From IMG/VR virus record IMGVR_UViG_3300020161_000179, positions 1 to 37,916 of that record: 37,916 nt of DNA; one strand, 5' to 3'. The notes beneath the pieces were generated by a model. The model made no database searches. It saw nothing but the letters and a program-made list of their open reading frames with translations, and was not told the origin of the DNA. Each line of letters opens with the position of its first letter. The first letter of the stretch is position 1. Origin of the DNA: a virus. Lineage: Duplodnaviria > Caudoviricetes. Below, piece after piece: positions 26,194 through 35,261 of the stretch. The translations under genes were made by a program, and so were the position numbers.

Positions 26194-27518
26194 AACGAAT
26201 AGGATTTCTTGTCAGTTCACAGACTTTAATTCCGCATGGTGGTATTGGACAGTTCACAAAAAGCTTTTGTGAACTGATGGATAGTCACGGAATCTATGTG
26301 GATATTATTACTGATAAGAGTCCTCAGGGCGTTGCTGATGAGTTTATTAAAGAACTCAATGCCAATATTATTTATCCATCTGATCCGCAGAGGTATACAG
26401 ATCACAGTGCTATCTTTATGTATGAGGATAGCTATTGCTATGAGCGCATGGCTAACTTTCGTGACGCAACGATTAAAGCACTAACTACTAATATCTATGA
26501 TGCATTTGTTTGTAACACTTATGAGACGGTTCAAGTAATCTCTACCCTAGGATTGTCTGAGTTTATTCAAACTATCGCATACACGCATTTGGAAAGTCAA
26601 ATCTTCAAGGATACTAAGAATCCGTTTCTTGATAGTGTTAACGACATGATGCGGCTACAGTTACGTATGCCCGGTGTCACGATTGGCACACAAAGCATGT
26701 TTAATAAATTGCATTTTGAAAATGCTGTCCATCTTCCCATTCCTCTTCCGGAGAAAGGGCTGCTTCAAGAATATGACAATGACCGTGAAGGCGTTCTGTT
26801 CATTGGACGTTGGGAAGAGGGTAAGAATCCTGAACTTTATCTCGACTTGATTGAACAGACTAAGCTGCCCGCTCGTGTGATGACTAATGCAAACGGGGCT
26901 AAGAAGTTTGAAGAACGATTGAAGAAGATCGGTGTTGACTATAAAATTGCTGTAAGCGTCATTGGCCAAAAGAAGGTAGACTTCATCACAAGCTGCCGAG
27001 TAGCATTCAATCCCAGTACTGTAGAAAGCTACGGTATTGCTTTCTATGAGCAAATGATTCAACTCCCAACATTTGCACTAATTAATCAACGCTGGACGCA
27101 GAACTTCCCAAGCACACAATTCTTTACTACAAGTAAGCGCAATATGGCAGAAGATATTAAAGCTGCATATAATCAATATCCTACTAGCAAATCATGGTAT
27201 GCTGCTTACGATTCAGTAAAACATTTTAATATTCACGAAGAAGCAGTATTCCATAAGTGGAATCACTGCCTTGACGAGTTTGAATCTAAGCAGTCCAATA
27301 CCAATACTGCTAAGATTTGCGATGAGACTACAGTTAAATATGCTGACTTTATTGCTGCTTTGGGGCGGCGCGTCATTTGTATTGACGATATCAGATCGGT
27401 GTTGGCAAACAAACACAAGTTTAGAGTAATATATACTGACAAGGATACTTGGTTGACTAAGGACCCTTCATTTGAACCTAAAGAAGAAGTAACTGGTATG
27501 GGGCTATTTGAGTTTTGA
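26190..27518 (+). CDS. GT-B (GT4-like) glycosyltransferase 2
   Basis: HGGIG, FIGRWEEGKN, PSTVESYGIAFYE (E-x7-E). Confidence 0.87.
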   Translation: MKRIGFLVSSQTLIPHGGIGQFTKSFCELMDSHGIYVDIITDKSPQGVADEFIKELNANIIYPSDPQRYTDHSAIFMYEDSYCYERMANFRDATIKALTTNIYDAFVCNTYETVQVISTLGLSEFIQTIAYTHLESQIFKDTKNPFLDSVNDMMRLQLRMPGVTIGTQSMFNKLHFENAVHLPIPLPEKGLLQEYDNDREGVLFIGRWEEGKNPELYLDLIEQTKLPARVMTNANGAKKFEERLKKIGVDYKIAVSVIGQKKVDFITSCRVAFNPSTVESYGIAFYEQMIQLPTFALINQRWTQNFPSTQFFTTSKRNMAEDIKAAYNQYPTSKSWYAAYDSVKHFNIHEEAVFHKWNHCLDEFESKQSNTNTAKICDETTVKYADFIAALGRRVICIDDIRSVLANKHKFRVIYTDKDTWLTKDPSFEPKEEVTGMGLFEF

Positions 27519-27519
27519 T

Positions 27520-28383
27520 ATGAAAAAGATTTTAATTACTGGTTGTTCAGGCTACATTGGTTCACACCTCTGTAAGTTACTTGAAAATGAATATGAAGTT
27601 CACGGACTAGATGTTCGTGAACCTCGGCATCCTGTTAAAAAGTTTCATCAGATTGACATCAATCGTCAAATTGCACTAGATGAGGAATACGATACAGTAG
27701 TCCATCTAGCTGCTCTTGTCAACGTGGGTGAAAGTGAGCAGATTCCGATTCAGTATTACATTACAAATGTGAATGGCACAATGAATGTAGTCAATCGGAT
27801 CAAGACTGCAAACTTCATCTTTGCTTCTACTGGCGCTGCTGAATTATGTGAGAGTGCATATGGTATTAGTAAGAGGGCAGCAGAGGATGTGGTCAAGGAA
27901 TATTGCACCAAACATCGTGAAACACCATATACAATCTTTAGATTCTACAATGTAATCGGTACCTCGGGTTATGCTCCCACTAATCCAGACGGTCTGATGT
28001 ACAATCTTATGAAGTCAATTGATACTAGAGAGTTTACTATCTTTGGTAATGATTACAATACACCAGACGGCACCTGTGTTCGTGATTATGTACACGTTGA
28101 TGAAATTTGCTATGCACTTAAGGTAGCAATTGAAAAACCAGCAAATCAGATTGAGTGCCTGGGACATGGGGTAGGCCATACTGTTAAGGAAATGGTAGAC
28201 ATCTTTGAGAAGGTGAACGAGAAGATTCTGTATGCTAACAACGAAGATGCAATCGACATCAAGATTGGTCCTCGTCGTACCGGTGATGCGGAACACAGCG
28301 TGTTGGAAGATGTTTCTAACTACCTAGTTAATATGTATTCCATCGAAGACTTATTAAGGCTTGACATTGGTAGTAAAGGGTGA
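27520..28383 (+). CDS. NAD-dependent NDP-sugar epimerase/dehydratase (GalE-like)
   Basis: TGCSGYIG, HLAA, YGISK, RFYN, DGTCVRDYVHV, RRTGD. Confidence 0.9.
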   Translation: MKKILITGCSGYIGSHLCKLLENEYEVHGLDVREPRHPVKKFHQIDINRQIALDEEYDTVVHLAALVNVGESEQIPIQYYITNVNGTMNVVNRIKTANFIFASTGAAELCESAYGISKRAAEDVVKEYCTKHRETPYTIFRFYNVIGTSGYAPTNPDGLMYNLMKSIDTREFTIFGNDYNTPDGTCVRDYVHVDEICYALKVAIEKPANQIECLGHGVGHTVKEMVDIFEKVNEKILYANNEDAIDIKIGPRRTGDAEHSVLEDVSNYLVNMYSIEDLLRLDIGSKG

Positions 28384-28389
28384 TAGTGT
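28361..28389 (+). promoter_or_regulatory. sigma70-type promoter, probably giving a leaderless transcript
   Basis: TTGACA-17bp-TAGTGT, 6 nt before ATG 28396. Confidence 0.55.
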
Positions 28390-28395
28390 GAAAGA

Positions 28396-28986
28396 ATGAA
28401 TATATTCTATGTAGATGATGACCCTCAGGTCGCTGCTCGTAACATGGTTGACCGCCATGTAGTTAAAATGATTCTAGAGACTGCTCAATTGCTTTCTACT
28501 GCCCATCGTGTTATTGACGGTGAGGAGTATGTAGGACAATCACAGTCTGGTCGCAAAGCTAAACGTTGGAGGTTATCAGGTAATGTTGACGCTATTATGT
28601 ATTCTGCTACTCATATTAATCATCCTTCAGCAGTTTGGGTTCGTGAAAACTCTGCTAACTACGATTGGTTGTATGATCATCTTTTGGCTCTTGGTCGTGA
28701 GTATACCCATCGTTATGGTCGTACTCACCTTACTATTGATAAGCTAAAAGACATTCTCAAAGATTCTCCACAGAATATCAAGCAATCTAATGTAATGACT
28801 AAGATGCCATCTTGTATGGATAAGCAGTACATTGTTAGCTTAGACCCAATTACCAACTATCGCAACTATTACAATTACGGAAAGACTGACTTGCTTCGCT
28901 GGTCTAATCGTACTCCCCCGCAGTGGATTGATGGTACGGTCATCATGACTGACGGTAAGAAGCAGATATATACTATACAGAGGTAA
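28396..28986 (+). CDS. Pyrimidine-dimer DNA glycosylase family protein (DenV-like)
   Basis: MNIF...DRHVVKMILETAQLL...HINHPSAVWVR...EYTHRYGRTH. Confidence 0.75.
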   Translation: MNIFYVDDDPQVAARNMVDRHVVKMILETAQLLSTAHRVIDGEEYVGQSQSGRKAKRWRLSGNVDAIMYSATHINHPSAVWVRENSANYDWLYDHLLALGREYTHRYGRTHLTIDKLKDILKDSPQNIKQSNVMTKMPSCMDKQYIVSLDPITNYRNYYNYGKTDLLRWSNRTPPQWIDGTVIMTDGKKQIYTIQR

Positions 28987-28990
28987 AAAC

Positions 28991-29404
28991 ATGTTTGATA
29001 AAATTAAGAAGTGGTTTGCTCCAGAAGAAGTTAAGCCAGAACCCGAAGTCAAGAAGACACCTAGGGCTAAGAAGCCTGAGCTAACTCCTAAAGAGAAGGC
29101 AACATTAGCCGGGGAACCCTATATTTCTATTCTAAGTGTTGAACTCGATCCGGGTGACATTAACAACGGTTCGTTTGAACTTGACTGGAATGATAAGTTT
29201 GTAGCTAACTTGATTAAGCAAGGCTACAAGATTCGTGCTGATGATACAGATGCACAGATTGTTGATCGCTGGTTCCAAACTGTATGCCGCAACATTGCAC
29301 TTGAAGTGTATGAGCAACAGCAGGCTGATCCAGACAATCGTGAATCAGAAATGCGTGTCATTCAGCAGCGTGATTTAGGTAATGGATTTACAGAAGTTAG
29401 CTGA
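28991..29404 (+). CDS. Hypothetical protein
   Basis: SD GAGG; FELDWNDKF. Confidence 0.75.
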   Translation: MFDKIKKWFAPEEVKPEPEVKKTPRAKKPELTPKEKATLAGEPYISILSVELDPGDINNGSFELDWNDKFVANLIKQGYKIRADDTDAQIVDRWFQTVCRNIALEVYEQQQADPDNRESEMRVIQQRDLGNGFTEVS

Positions 29405-29405
29405 C

Positions 29406-30446
29406 ATGAAAAATAAAAAATACCAAATCACTCATTTAGGCAAAACCCTCAATACCGACCATTGGTATGACTTGCCAGAAGATAAGTGCTTGCAATTGAA
29501 GGCTGCGTATTACGAAAAGCCTGATTTTGATTTGGTTAAGAAAAATCTAGAATCAGTATATAATGGCGGTACTGTTATAAGTACCATAAATAGTTACTAC
29601 GTAAAAGACCTCATGGCTAAAGTGAAGCTAGAGTCTCCGCGCTGGTCTATTGAAGAAGTATTTGAATCTATAGACTTGATTAGATACTTTTGGAGTAGGG
29701 TACTTTCTAGCGATAAAGTATATCCGAAGACCGATTCAGATATCAAGAACTTTGAGGCGGCGTTGCGTCTTAGTGGTGGTGGTGTGGCAATGAAGCCGTC
29801 TAATTATCCAATCAAGTCAGTTGACTCTATTCTATCTAGGTATAATATCAACGGTAAATACTATGACTTCTCTTGTGGCTGGGGCGTTAGAATGCTTTCG
29901 TCATTAAGAAACAATGTTGAGTATTACGGCACTGACCCGAATACTATGTTAGTAGAACGCCTCAATCAAATGGCTACTGATTACAACACTGTAAATGGTA
30001 CATCTGCAAAGTATGACATTCGGTGTCATGGTTCTCAAACATTTGTCCCGGAGTGGGAAAACACCATCGGCGTAGCGTTCAGTAGTCCTCCGTACTTCAA
30101 TCTTGAAGATTATAAAATAGGTGACCAGTCGTTTAAGCCTGGCACTACATATCAAGAATGGCTAGATACGTATCTACGACCCACAATAGAAAACATCAAC
30201 AAGTACCTTGTTGATGATGGCAAGATGCTAATCAACATTAAAGATTTTCTAGACTATAAGTTATGTGCTGATACAAGAGCCATTGCAGAAAGTTTAGGCT
30301 TTCATTATGTAGAAACACTCACATTGAAAAACATAACTAGACCAAGTGCTAAAGTTGACTTGAACACAGATGAAGGCATTATGGTATTCTCAAAAAAGCC
30401 TGAGGAGCCTATCCCCTCACCGATGAGTTTATTTACTTTTGGATAA
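29406..30446 (+). CDS. Amino (m4C/m6A) DNA methyltransferase
   Basis: YDFSCGWG (motif I) then SSPPYF (motif IV). Confidence 0.85.
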   Translation: MKNKKYQITHLGKTLNTDHWYDLPEDKCLQLKAAYYEKPDFDLVKKNLESVYNGGTVISTINSYYVKDLMAKVKLESPRWSIEEVFESIDLIRYFWSRVLSSDKVYPKTDSDIKNFEAALRLSGGGVAMKPSNYPIKSVDSILSRYNINGKYYDFSCGWGVRMLSSLRNNVEYYGTDPNTMLVERLNQMATDYNTVNGTSAKYDIRCHGSQTFVPEWENTIGVAFSSPPYFNLEDYKIGDQSFKPGTTYQEWLDTYLRPTIENINKYLVDDGKMLINIKDFLDYKLCADTRAIAESLGFHYVETLTLKNITRPSAKVDLNTDEGIMVFSKKPEEPIPSPMSLFTFG

Positions 30447-30452
30447 AAAAGG

Positions 30453-30495
30453 TTGACAACTGCTACGTTATTGTGTATTATATGTATATATTAAC
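30453..30495 (+). repeat. 43-bp direct repeat copy 1, containing a sigma70 promoter
   Basis: TTGACAACTGCTAC-GTTATT-GTGTATTATATGTATATATTAAC (TTGACA-17-TATTAT). Confidence 0.9.
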
Positions 30496-30513
30496 GAGTA
30501 AGGAACGATTAAC

Positions 30514-31746
30514 ATGACTGATTTCCCGTTTACTTTTCAGTTTGTCCCTGCTACCGGGGAAAAGCCAATTCATGCCCTCAAACGTAAGAAGGGGGAGTTT
30601 GTTAGCGTAACTGCTGCTGAACGTTATGAGGAATTACAAAACCCTAAAAATACAAAATATCATGCTACTATGGCAAAGTGGCAAGAAGATATTGCGTCAG
30701 GTCGTCGTGCAATGCCTGACCGTAAGAATCGAGTTTGCTTTGCAGATGTAAAGGTTAAAAATATTGTCATTGATGATGACATTCAGCGTGAATTGGATCC
30801 TAATTGGGTTGCTACTATTCTTAATCCTAATGAATTTGAAGCAGAATTCATGTCAACAATTTATTGCATGTACGATCCTAAAACTGAAAAGTATATATGT
30901 ATCAATGCCCAGCACACTCTGAATGCTGAAATTTCTTTAGCTGAACGTAAGATGTGGGCTAACAATGAAAATTGGAACGGTGATATTAACGAACTTGAAG
31001 TTCCGGTTACCTACTTTAGGTCTTCGTCAAGGGCCAAATGCCGCAAGGGATTTGAGATTTTCAATGGCAAGCAGAAAACTATTGAACCTTACGTGACTCA
31101 TAGGAATTTGGTTCTTGCATATCGGGTTGACGATGATCGTAGGGATAAAGAAGCATCTAGGGCCCATACGATTCAAAAGATCAACGAAGACGAAGGTTTT
31201 GAGCCTATCAGTAAAGATGACAAGAAAAGCAAGCGTTATAGTTGGGCTATCACTTGTGTTTCTGAAATGAAGAATCACTATGATCGTCCGGATCGTTGGC
31301 GTTTCGTCCTTCGCACCCATAAGCGGTATTGGCCTAACATTCAATTGGAAATTGCAGAAGTCGATTTGTATGGCTTTATGTACGATTATTTCACTGACAT
31401 GGGCTATGACGTATATAGTGATGAATTCAATAAAGCATTTCTTGACCCGTGCATGGCTTTAATTTGGACGTTCTTTACTACTCCTCATGGCTTTGTTAGT
31501 GATAGTAGCAATGTGCAAAAGCGTTTTGGTAGTGAGAAGACCGGGCTTCCGGAAGACAAGGTGAGAATTGATGATAACGGTTCCTGTGTATACTTAATGA
31601 AGTTGTATCGTCATTTTGGCGGAACACATGAGTTGCCACTCTATGTCAATAACTTGACAGAGGCTCGTGTCGGCGATTTGTTGAATTATGTAGATTCGGA
31701 TCGTATCTCTCTAGTTGAGGCTATGAAGCAATATGGCAAGTCGTAA
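30514..31746 (+). CDS. ParB/sulfiredoxin-like (DGQHR-type) domain protein
   Basis: IDDDIQRELD ... INAQHT (degenerate DGQHR) ... FEIFN. Confidence 0.6.
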   Translation: MTDFPFTFQFVPATGEKPIHALKRKKGEFVSVTAAERYEELQNPKNTKYHATMAKWQEDIASGRRAMPDRKNRVCFADVKVKNIVIDDDIQRELDPNWVATILNPNEFEAEFMSTIYCMYDPKTEKYICINAQHTLNAEISLAERKMWANNENWNGDINELEVPVTYFRSSSRAKCRKGFEIFNGKQKTIEPYVTHRNLVLAYRVDDDRRDKEASRAHTIQKINEDEGFEPISKDDKKSKRYSWAITCVSEMKNHYDRPDRWRFVLRTHKRYWPNIQLEIAEVDLYGFMYDYFTDMGYDVYSDEFNKAFLDPCMALIWTFFTTPHGFVSDSSNVQKRFGSEKTGLPEDKVRIDDNGSCVYLMKLYRHFGGTHELPLYVNNLTEARVGDLLNYVDSDRISLVEAMKQYGKS

Positions 31747-32188
31747 GAAAAACTTCTTCTATGTCATTCTTACTAACCATTACTTTAAAGTAGGTGATGA
31801 GTTTAAGAGAAGGCTGGGTTTTGGGGTTACAGGAAATACTGGGCGCCGAATCAGAAGTTACAGCAATACATCTGGTGGTGAGCAAGAATTTTTGAAACTC
31901 TACTTTAGCCCTAATTATGAAGTTATGGAAGTAGAAAAGATTTTGAAGCAGCGACTAGCCGATGACTGTCATACAATCAACGGTGAAGAGGTAGAATGGA
32001 TTAGTCCATACAGCGAGATTGACGCTGATGAACTAATTAAAATGGTTCAGCATATTATTACTGATTTGCGGTTAAACGTAAAATTGATAAAGTCTGACTT
32101 TTTGCCTTATAAAGATGCGGATTGGCAGAAAGAAATTAATGAGGAATCGCTAATTCTTTATCCTGAATCATACCTCGAGGACATTTAA
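31733..32188 (+). CDS. GIY-YIG superfamily nuclease (T5orf172-like)
   Basis: FFYVI...GFGVT...RRIRSY...EVEKILKQ...EW. Confidence 0.6.
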   Translation: MASRKKNFFYVILTNHYFKVGDEFKRRLGFGVTGNTGRRIRSYSNTSGGEQEFLKLYFSPNYEVMEVEKILKQRLADDCHTINGEEVEWISPYSEIDADELIKMVQHIITDLRLNVKLIKSDFLPYKDADWQKEINEESLILYPESYLEDI

Positions 32189-32191
32189 GGC

Positions 32192-32234
32192 TTGACAACT
32201 GCTACTATATAGTGTATTATATGTATATATTAAC
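32192..32234 (+). repeat. 43-bp direct repeat copy 2, containing a sigma70 promoter
   Basis: TTGACAACTGCTAC-TATATA-GTGTATTATATGTATATATTAAC; 40/43 identical to copy 1. Confidence 0.9.
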
Positions 32235-32248
32235 AGAGAAAGTACCAC

Positions 32249-33253
32249 ATGAAATACGCACTGATTGATACAGCTAATACTTTCTTCCGCGCTCGGCATG
32301 TTGCTTCACGCAACGCTGATACCTGGGAGAAAATTGGCATGGCTATGCATCTTACTATGTCGTCCGTCAATCAAACTGTACGTATGTTCGGTGTAGATCA
32401 TGTAGTCTTCATGCTTGAGGGTCGCTCATGGCGCAAGGAATTCTACCCGCGCTACAAGGCTAATCGCAAGGTTGACGATACTTTGCTAACAGAAGCAGAG
32501 ATTGAAGAAAACAAGATGTTTTGGGAGACATATGAAATCTTCACAAACTACCTACGTGAAAAAACTAACTGTTCTGTTTTGCGGCATCCTAATGCAGAAG
32601 CAGATGACCTCATTGCTCGTTTTGTTGATTTGCATCCTGACGATGAACACTATATCATTTCGTCCGATACTGACTTTGTGCAGTTGATTGCAGAGAATGT
32701 GCATCAGTACAACGGGGTTGCAGGTCAGCTTATCAAGCTAGATGGTTATTACAATGACCGCGGTAAGCCTGTCAAGGACAAAAAGACTGGCGAACACAAG
32801 CTGCTTGAGGATCCCGAATATCTACTGTTCAAGAAGATTATTCGCGGTGACGCAACTGACAACGTATTCAGTGCTTATCCCGGTGTGCGTGAGAAGGGTT
32901 CTAAGAACTCGGTAGGCATCAAGGAAGCGTTTGAAGACCGTGAAAAGCAAGGCTTCAAGTGGAATAACATGATGCTGCAACGCTGGACTGATCACGATGG
33001 CATTGAGCATCGGGTGCGTGATGATTATGAATGCAATCGCACTCTAATCGATCTTAGGGCGCAACCTGATCATATCAAAGAGGCGGTTGATGGCATCATC
33101 AAGCAAGATGTTCGCACTACTGTTACTCCGAGTGTAGGTCTTCACTTCATGAAGTTTTGTGGTAAGTATGAACTCACTCGTATTTCTGATCAGGGTGAGT
33201 CTTACGCAAAGTGGCTCAACTCTCCTTATCAGGGAGTCCTGAATGGCAATTGA
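32249..33253 (+). CDS. rnh: RNase H / 5'-3' flap exonuclease (T4 rnh-like)
   Basis: LIDTAN, SWRK...YKANR, EADDLI, SSDTDFVQL, GDATDNV. Confidence 0.92.
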   Translation: MKYALIDTANTFFRARHVASRNADTWEKIGMAMHLTMSSVNQTVRMFGVDHVVFMLEGRSWRKEFYPRYKANRKVDDTLLTEAEIEENKMFWETYEIFTNYLREKTNCSVLRHPNAEADDLIARFVDLHPDDEHYIISSDTDFVQLIAENVHQYNGVAGQLIKLDGYYNDRGKPVKDKKTGEHKLLEDPEYLLFKKIIRGDATDNVFSAYPGVREKGSKNSVGIKEAFEDREKQGFKWNNMMLQRWTDHDGIEHRVRDDYECNRTLIDLRAQPDHIKEAVDGIIKQDVRTTVTPSVGLHFMKFCGKYELTRISDQGESYAKWLNSPYQGVLNGN

Positions 33254-33557
33254 TGAAGTATATCTATGTAAAGATTGCAAATTTAGCAAAATGAGTTTGG
33301 TTAACACTATCACTACGCTCGGCGGTCGTGTGGGAGCCCAAAGTTTCATGTACAGATGTAGCAATGCAATTAAGCCAGCGCACGAAATTATTGATCCGGT
33401 TCACGGAGTTGAGCGGGTTAAAGCTGCGATGCCTTATTGTACTGTTGAGCGGACTAACGATTTTAACAATACTAAGTGCGGACCTATTGCCAAGAACTGG
33501 ACGCCAAAGCATAAGAAAGACCTTTTTAAGGCACTAACAAAGGAATACCATGACTGA
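33243..33557 (+). CDS. Cys-rich hypothetical protein
   Basis: CKDC plus three more Cys; overlaps both neighbours. Confidence 0.65.
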   Translation: MAIDEVYLCKDCKFSKMSLVNTITTLGGRVGAQSFMYRCSNAIKPAHEIIDPVHGVERVKAAMPYCTVERTNDFNNTKCGPIAKNWTPKHKKDLFKALTKEYHD

Positions 33558-34008
33558 ACTAGTCGCAAAACCAATCGTCAAGAATCAATTTTGGATTGTC
33601 ACTGATGGTGAGAAAAAAGTAGGCAATATTGAAGCTAACAATGCGGGTTACGGGGTGCAGATTAACGGCACCTTCCTTCAGTTCAACAACACTGATGAGT
33701 TGAAGAAGAAAACTAGCATCAAGTTCGAACCACTTAAGACTACTAAAACAAAGGCAGCTATGCCTTATCCGGAGTATCCGACTCCCAAACGCACATATAA
33801 CTCTATACTTGACGTTAAGCGCGGACTTCATTTGTTCACTACTAGCACTAAATCTAAGTGTTTACACGCAGCAGGTTGGTTTGTACTCGATCAGAACGGT
33901 ACCAAGGAGGTTGTGTTCTGCCCTAAATACATCTTTATTCAGCGTTATCCGTACTCCGGACCGTACAAAACTGAATCAGATGCTACTGATAAGATAAATA
34001 CAGTGTAA
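33550..34008 (+). CDS. Hypothetical protein
   Basis: SD AAGGA; FCPK..IQRYPYSGPY. Confidence 0.75.
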   Translation: MTELVAKPIVKNQFWIVTDGEKKVGNIEANNAGYGVQINGTFLQFNNTDELKKKTSIKFEPLKTTKTKAAMPYPEYPTPKRTYNSILDVKRGLHLFTTSTKSKCLHAAGWFVLDQNGTKEVVFCPKYIFIQRYPYSGPYKTESDATDKINTV

Positions 34009-34220
34009 TGACTATGCATATTAACCGATTTTTGGATAAGATGGCTGTGATGGAATCCAAGCAAAATAAGGATGTTGTACTGCCCATCTCCGATGCCAGA
34101 GGTCTGCGGGATGATATTACTAGACTTTTATCTGAATTGTTTGAGCTACAGAAACAGAAAGGCTCGGATGACTCGCAAGAAGTTATCCAAGTCGAGATAA
34201 AAGGTGGTACCTTCAAATGA
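34008..34220 (+). CDS. Hypothetical protein
   Basis: Preceded by GATAAATA (33993-34000); ends IKGGTFK. Confidence 0.7.
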   Translation: MTMHINRFLDKMAVMESKQNKDVVLPISDARGLRDDITRLLSELFELQKQKGSDDSQEVIQVEIKGGTFK

Positions 34221-34528
34221 GTAGAACGCAACCCAATGTATTATTAGAATACATTGATAAGAAGACATATAAATGCGATCAGATTGTAGAAGCCGCCGGC
34301 ATTTGGGCAGTGTTCTATGATGATCAACCTATTAATCTCAAGTCATCACATCATCTAACAAACGACATTGCTCCCAAATACAAGAAGACTAGCTTCTCCA
34401 ATCCTGGACATGCTCGTAATCTGTGTCGTAAATTGAATGCACAGTTTAAGACGGATAAGTTTACCGTTGTCTTTATGAACGGCGGGAGAATAGTGTATCC
34501 CGATGATTTATCCCAAGACCAAATCTGA
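34217..34528 (+). CDS. Hypothetical protein
   Basis: ATGA overlap; PKYKKTSFSNPGHA. Confidence 0.75.
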   Translation: MSRTQPNVLLEYIDKKTYKCDQIVEAAGIWAVFYDDQPINLKSSHHLTNDIAPKYKKTSFSNPGHARNLCRKLNAQFKTDKFTVVFMNGGRIVYPDDLSQDQI

Positions 34529-34919
34529 AATCATTAAACTAATACTTGATGAGACTAAGGAGGATCCTGATTTTCCTTGGAAAGGCATACCTGCTGATAA
34601 GATCGTAACTGAATGGTTTATCACAGGTAGAAGTGGTTCTGGGTTGCGCCTCACTGATTCGGGCATGGACGCCCTCAATAAAGCAAATATTGCTCACTAT
34701 GACTTTGAATTCACCCCGCCCAAAACTGCTAGCAATTCAGTTAGCTGGGCAAAGTACACTCTTATTCTTGACAAAAAGGTTAAATGTCCTTATTTTGTAG
34801 GCATAAAACTTCTTGACAAAGGAAAAAAACAACCATATATTAGAATATATGACCACAGAATAGCAATGATGATGACATTATATGGGGACTTTTCTAGCTA
34901 TATTGAGTCTATAAAATAG
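34503..34919 (+). CDS. Hypothetical protein
   Basis: GLRLT..G, CPYF; within the operon. Confidence 0.7.
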   Translation: MIYPKTKSEIIKLILDETKEDPDFPWKGIPADKIVTEWFITGRSGSGLRLTDSGMDALNKANIAHYDFEFTPPKTASNSVSWAKYTLILDKKVKCPYFVGIKLLDKGKKQPYIRIYDHRIAMMMTLYGDFSSYIESIK

Positions 34920-34944
34920 TATAAGTTATTACAGTTTCGTGACA

Positions 34945-34996
34945 ACTAAATACTATCTGTAGCACGATGCTACAACACACAACACACACACAGGAG
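34945..34996 (+). promoter_or_regulatory. Late promoter box + 5' hairpin + CA-rich leader + SD
   Basis: ACTAAATA; TGTAGCA-CGA-TGCTACA; ACACACAACACACACAC; AGGAG. Confidence 0.6.
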
Positions 34997-35003
34997 AAAA
35001 ATT

Positions 35004-35249
35004 ATGAAGAATATCGCAATCAGCCTTTTAGCGGCTCTAACACTCTCGACCCCAGCACTCGCTTGGAAGAACGAATTGTTCACTAAGCTTGACGCAGACA
35101 CTAGCGGGGAAATCACACTTACTGAATTGACTGCCGCAGGTTGCCGCACTCAGCCTAAGTTTTTTAACTATGCTGATAAGGATAGCAGCAAGGGTCTTAG
35201 CAAGGCTGAGTATTTCAACAGCCGAGACCTTCTCGGTCGCTGCAATTAA
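35004..35249 (+). CDS. Secreted EF-hand protein
   Basis: Signal peptide ending PALA; EF-hand loops DADTSGEITLTE and DKDSSKGLSKAE; two Cys. Confidence 0.8.
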   Translation: MKNIAISLLAALTLSTPALAWKNELFTKLDADTSGEITLTELTAAGCRTQPKFFNYADKDSSKGLSKAEYFNSRDLLGRCN

Positions 35250-35261
35250 AGGATATTATTA

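Noticed and set aside
30453-32234. CRISPR repeats or IS ends
   Set aside because: Only two direct copies 1.7 kb apart, each a promoter; no spacers, cas genes or transposase.
34813-34841. Internal TTGACA-17-TATATT promoter
   Set aside because: It lies in AT-rich coding sequence and the downstream gene already has a late promoter; it could be chance.
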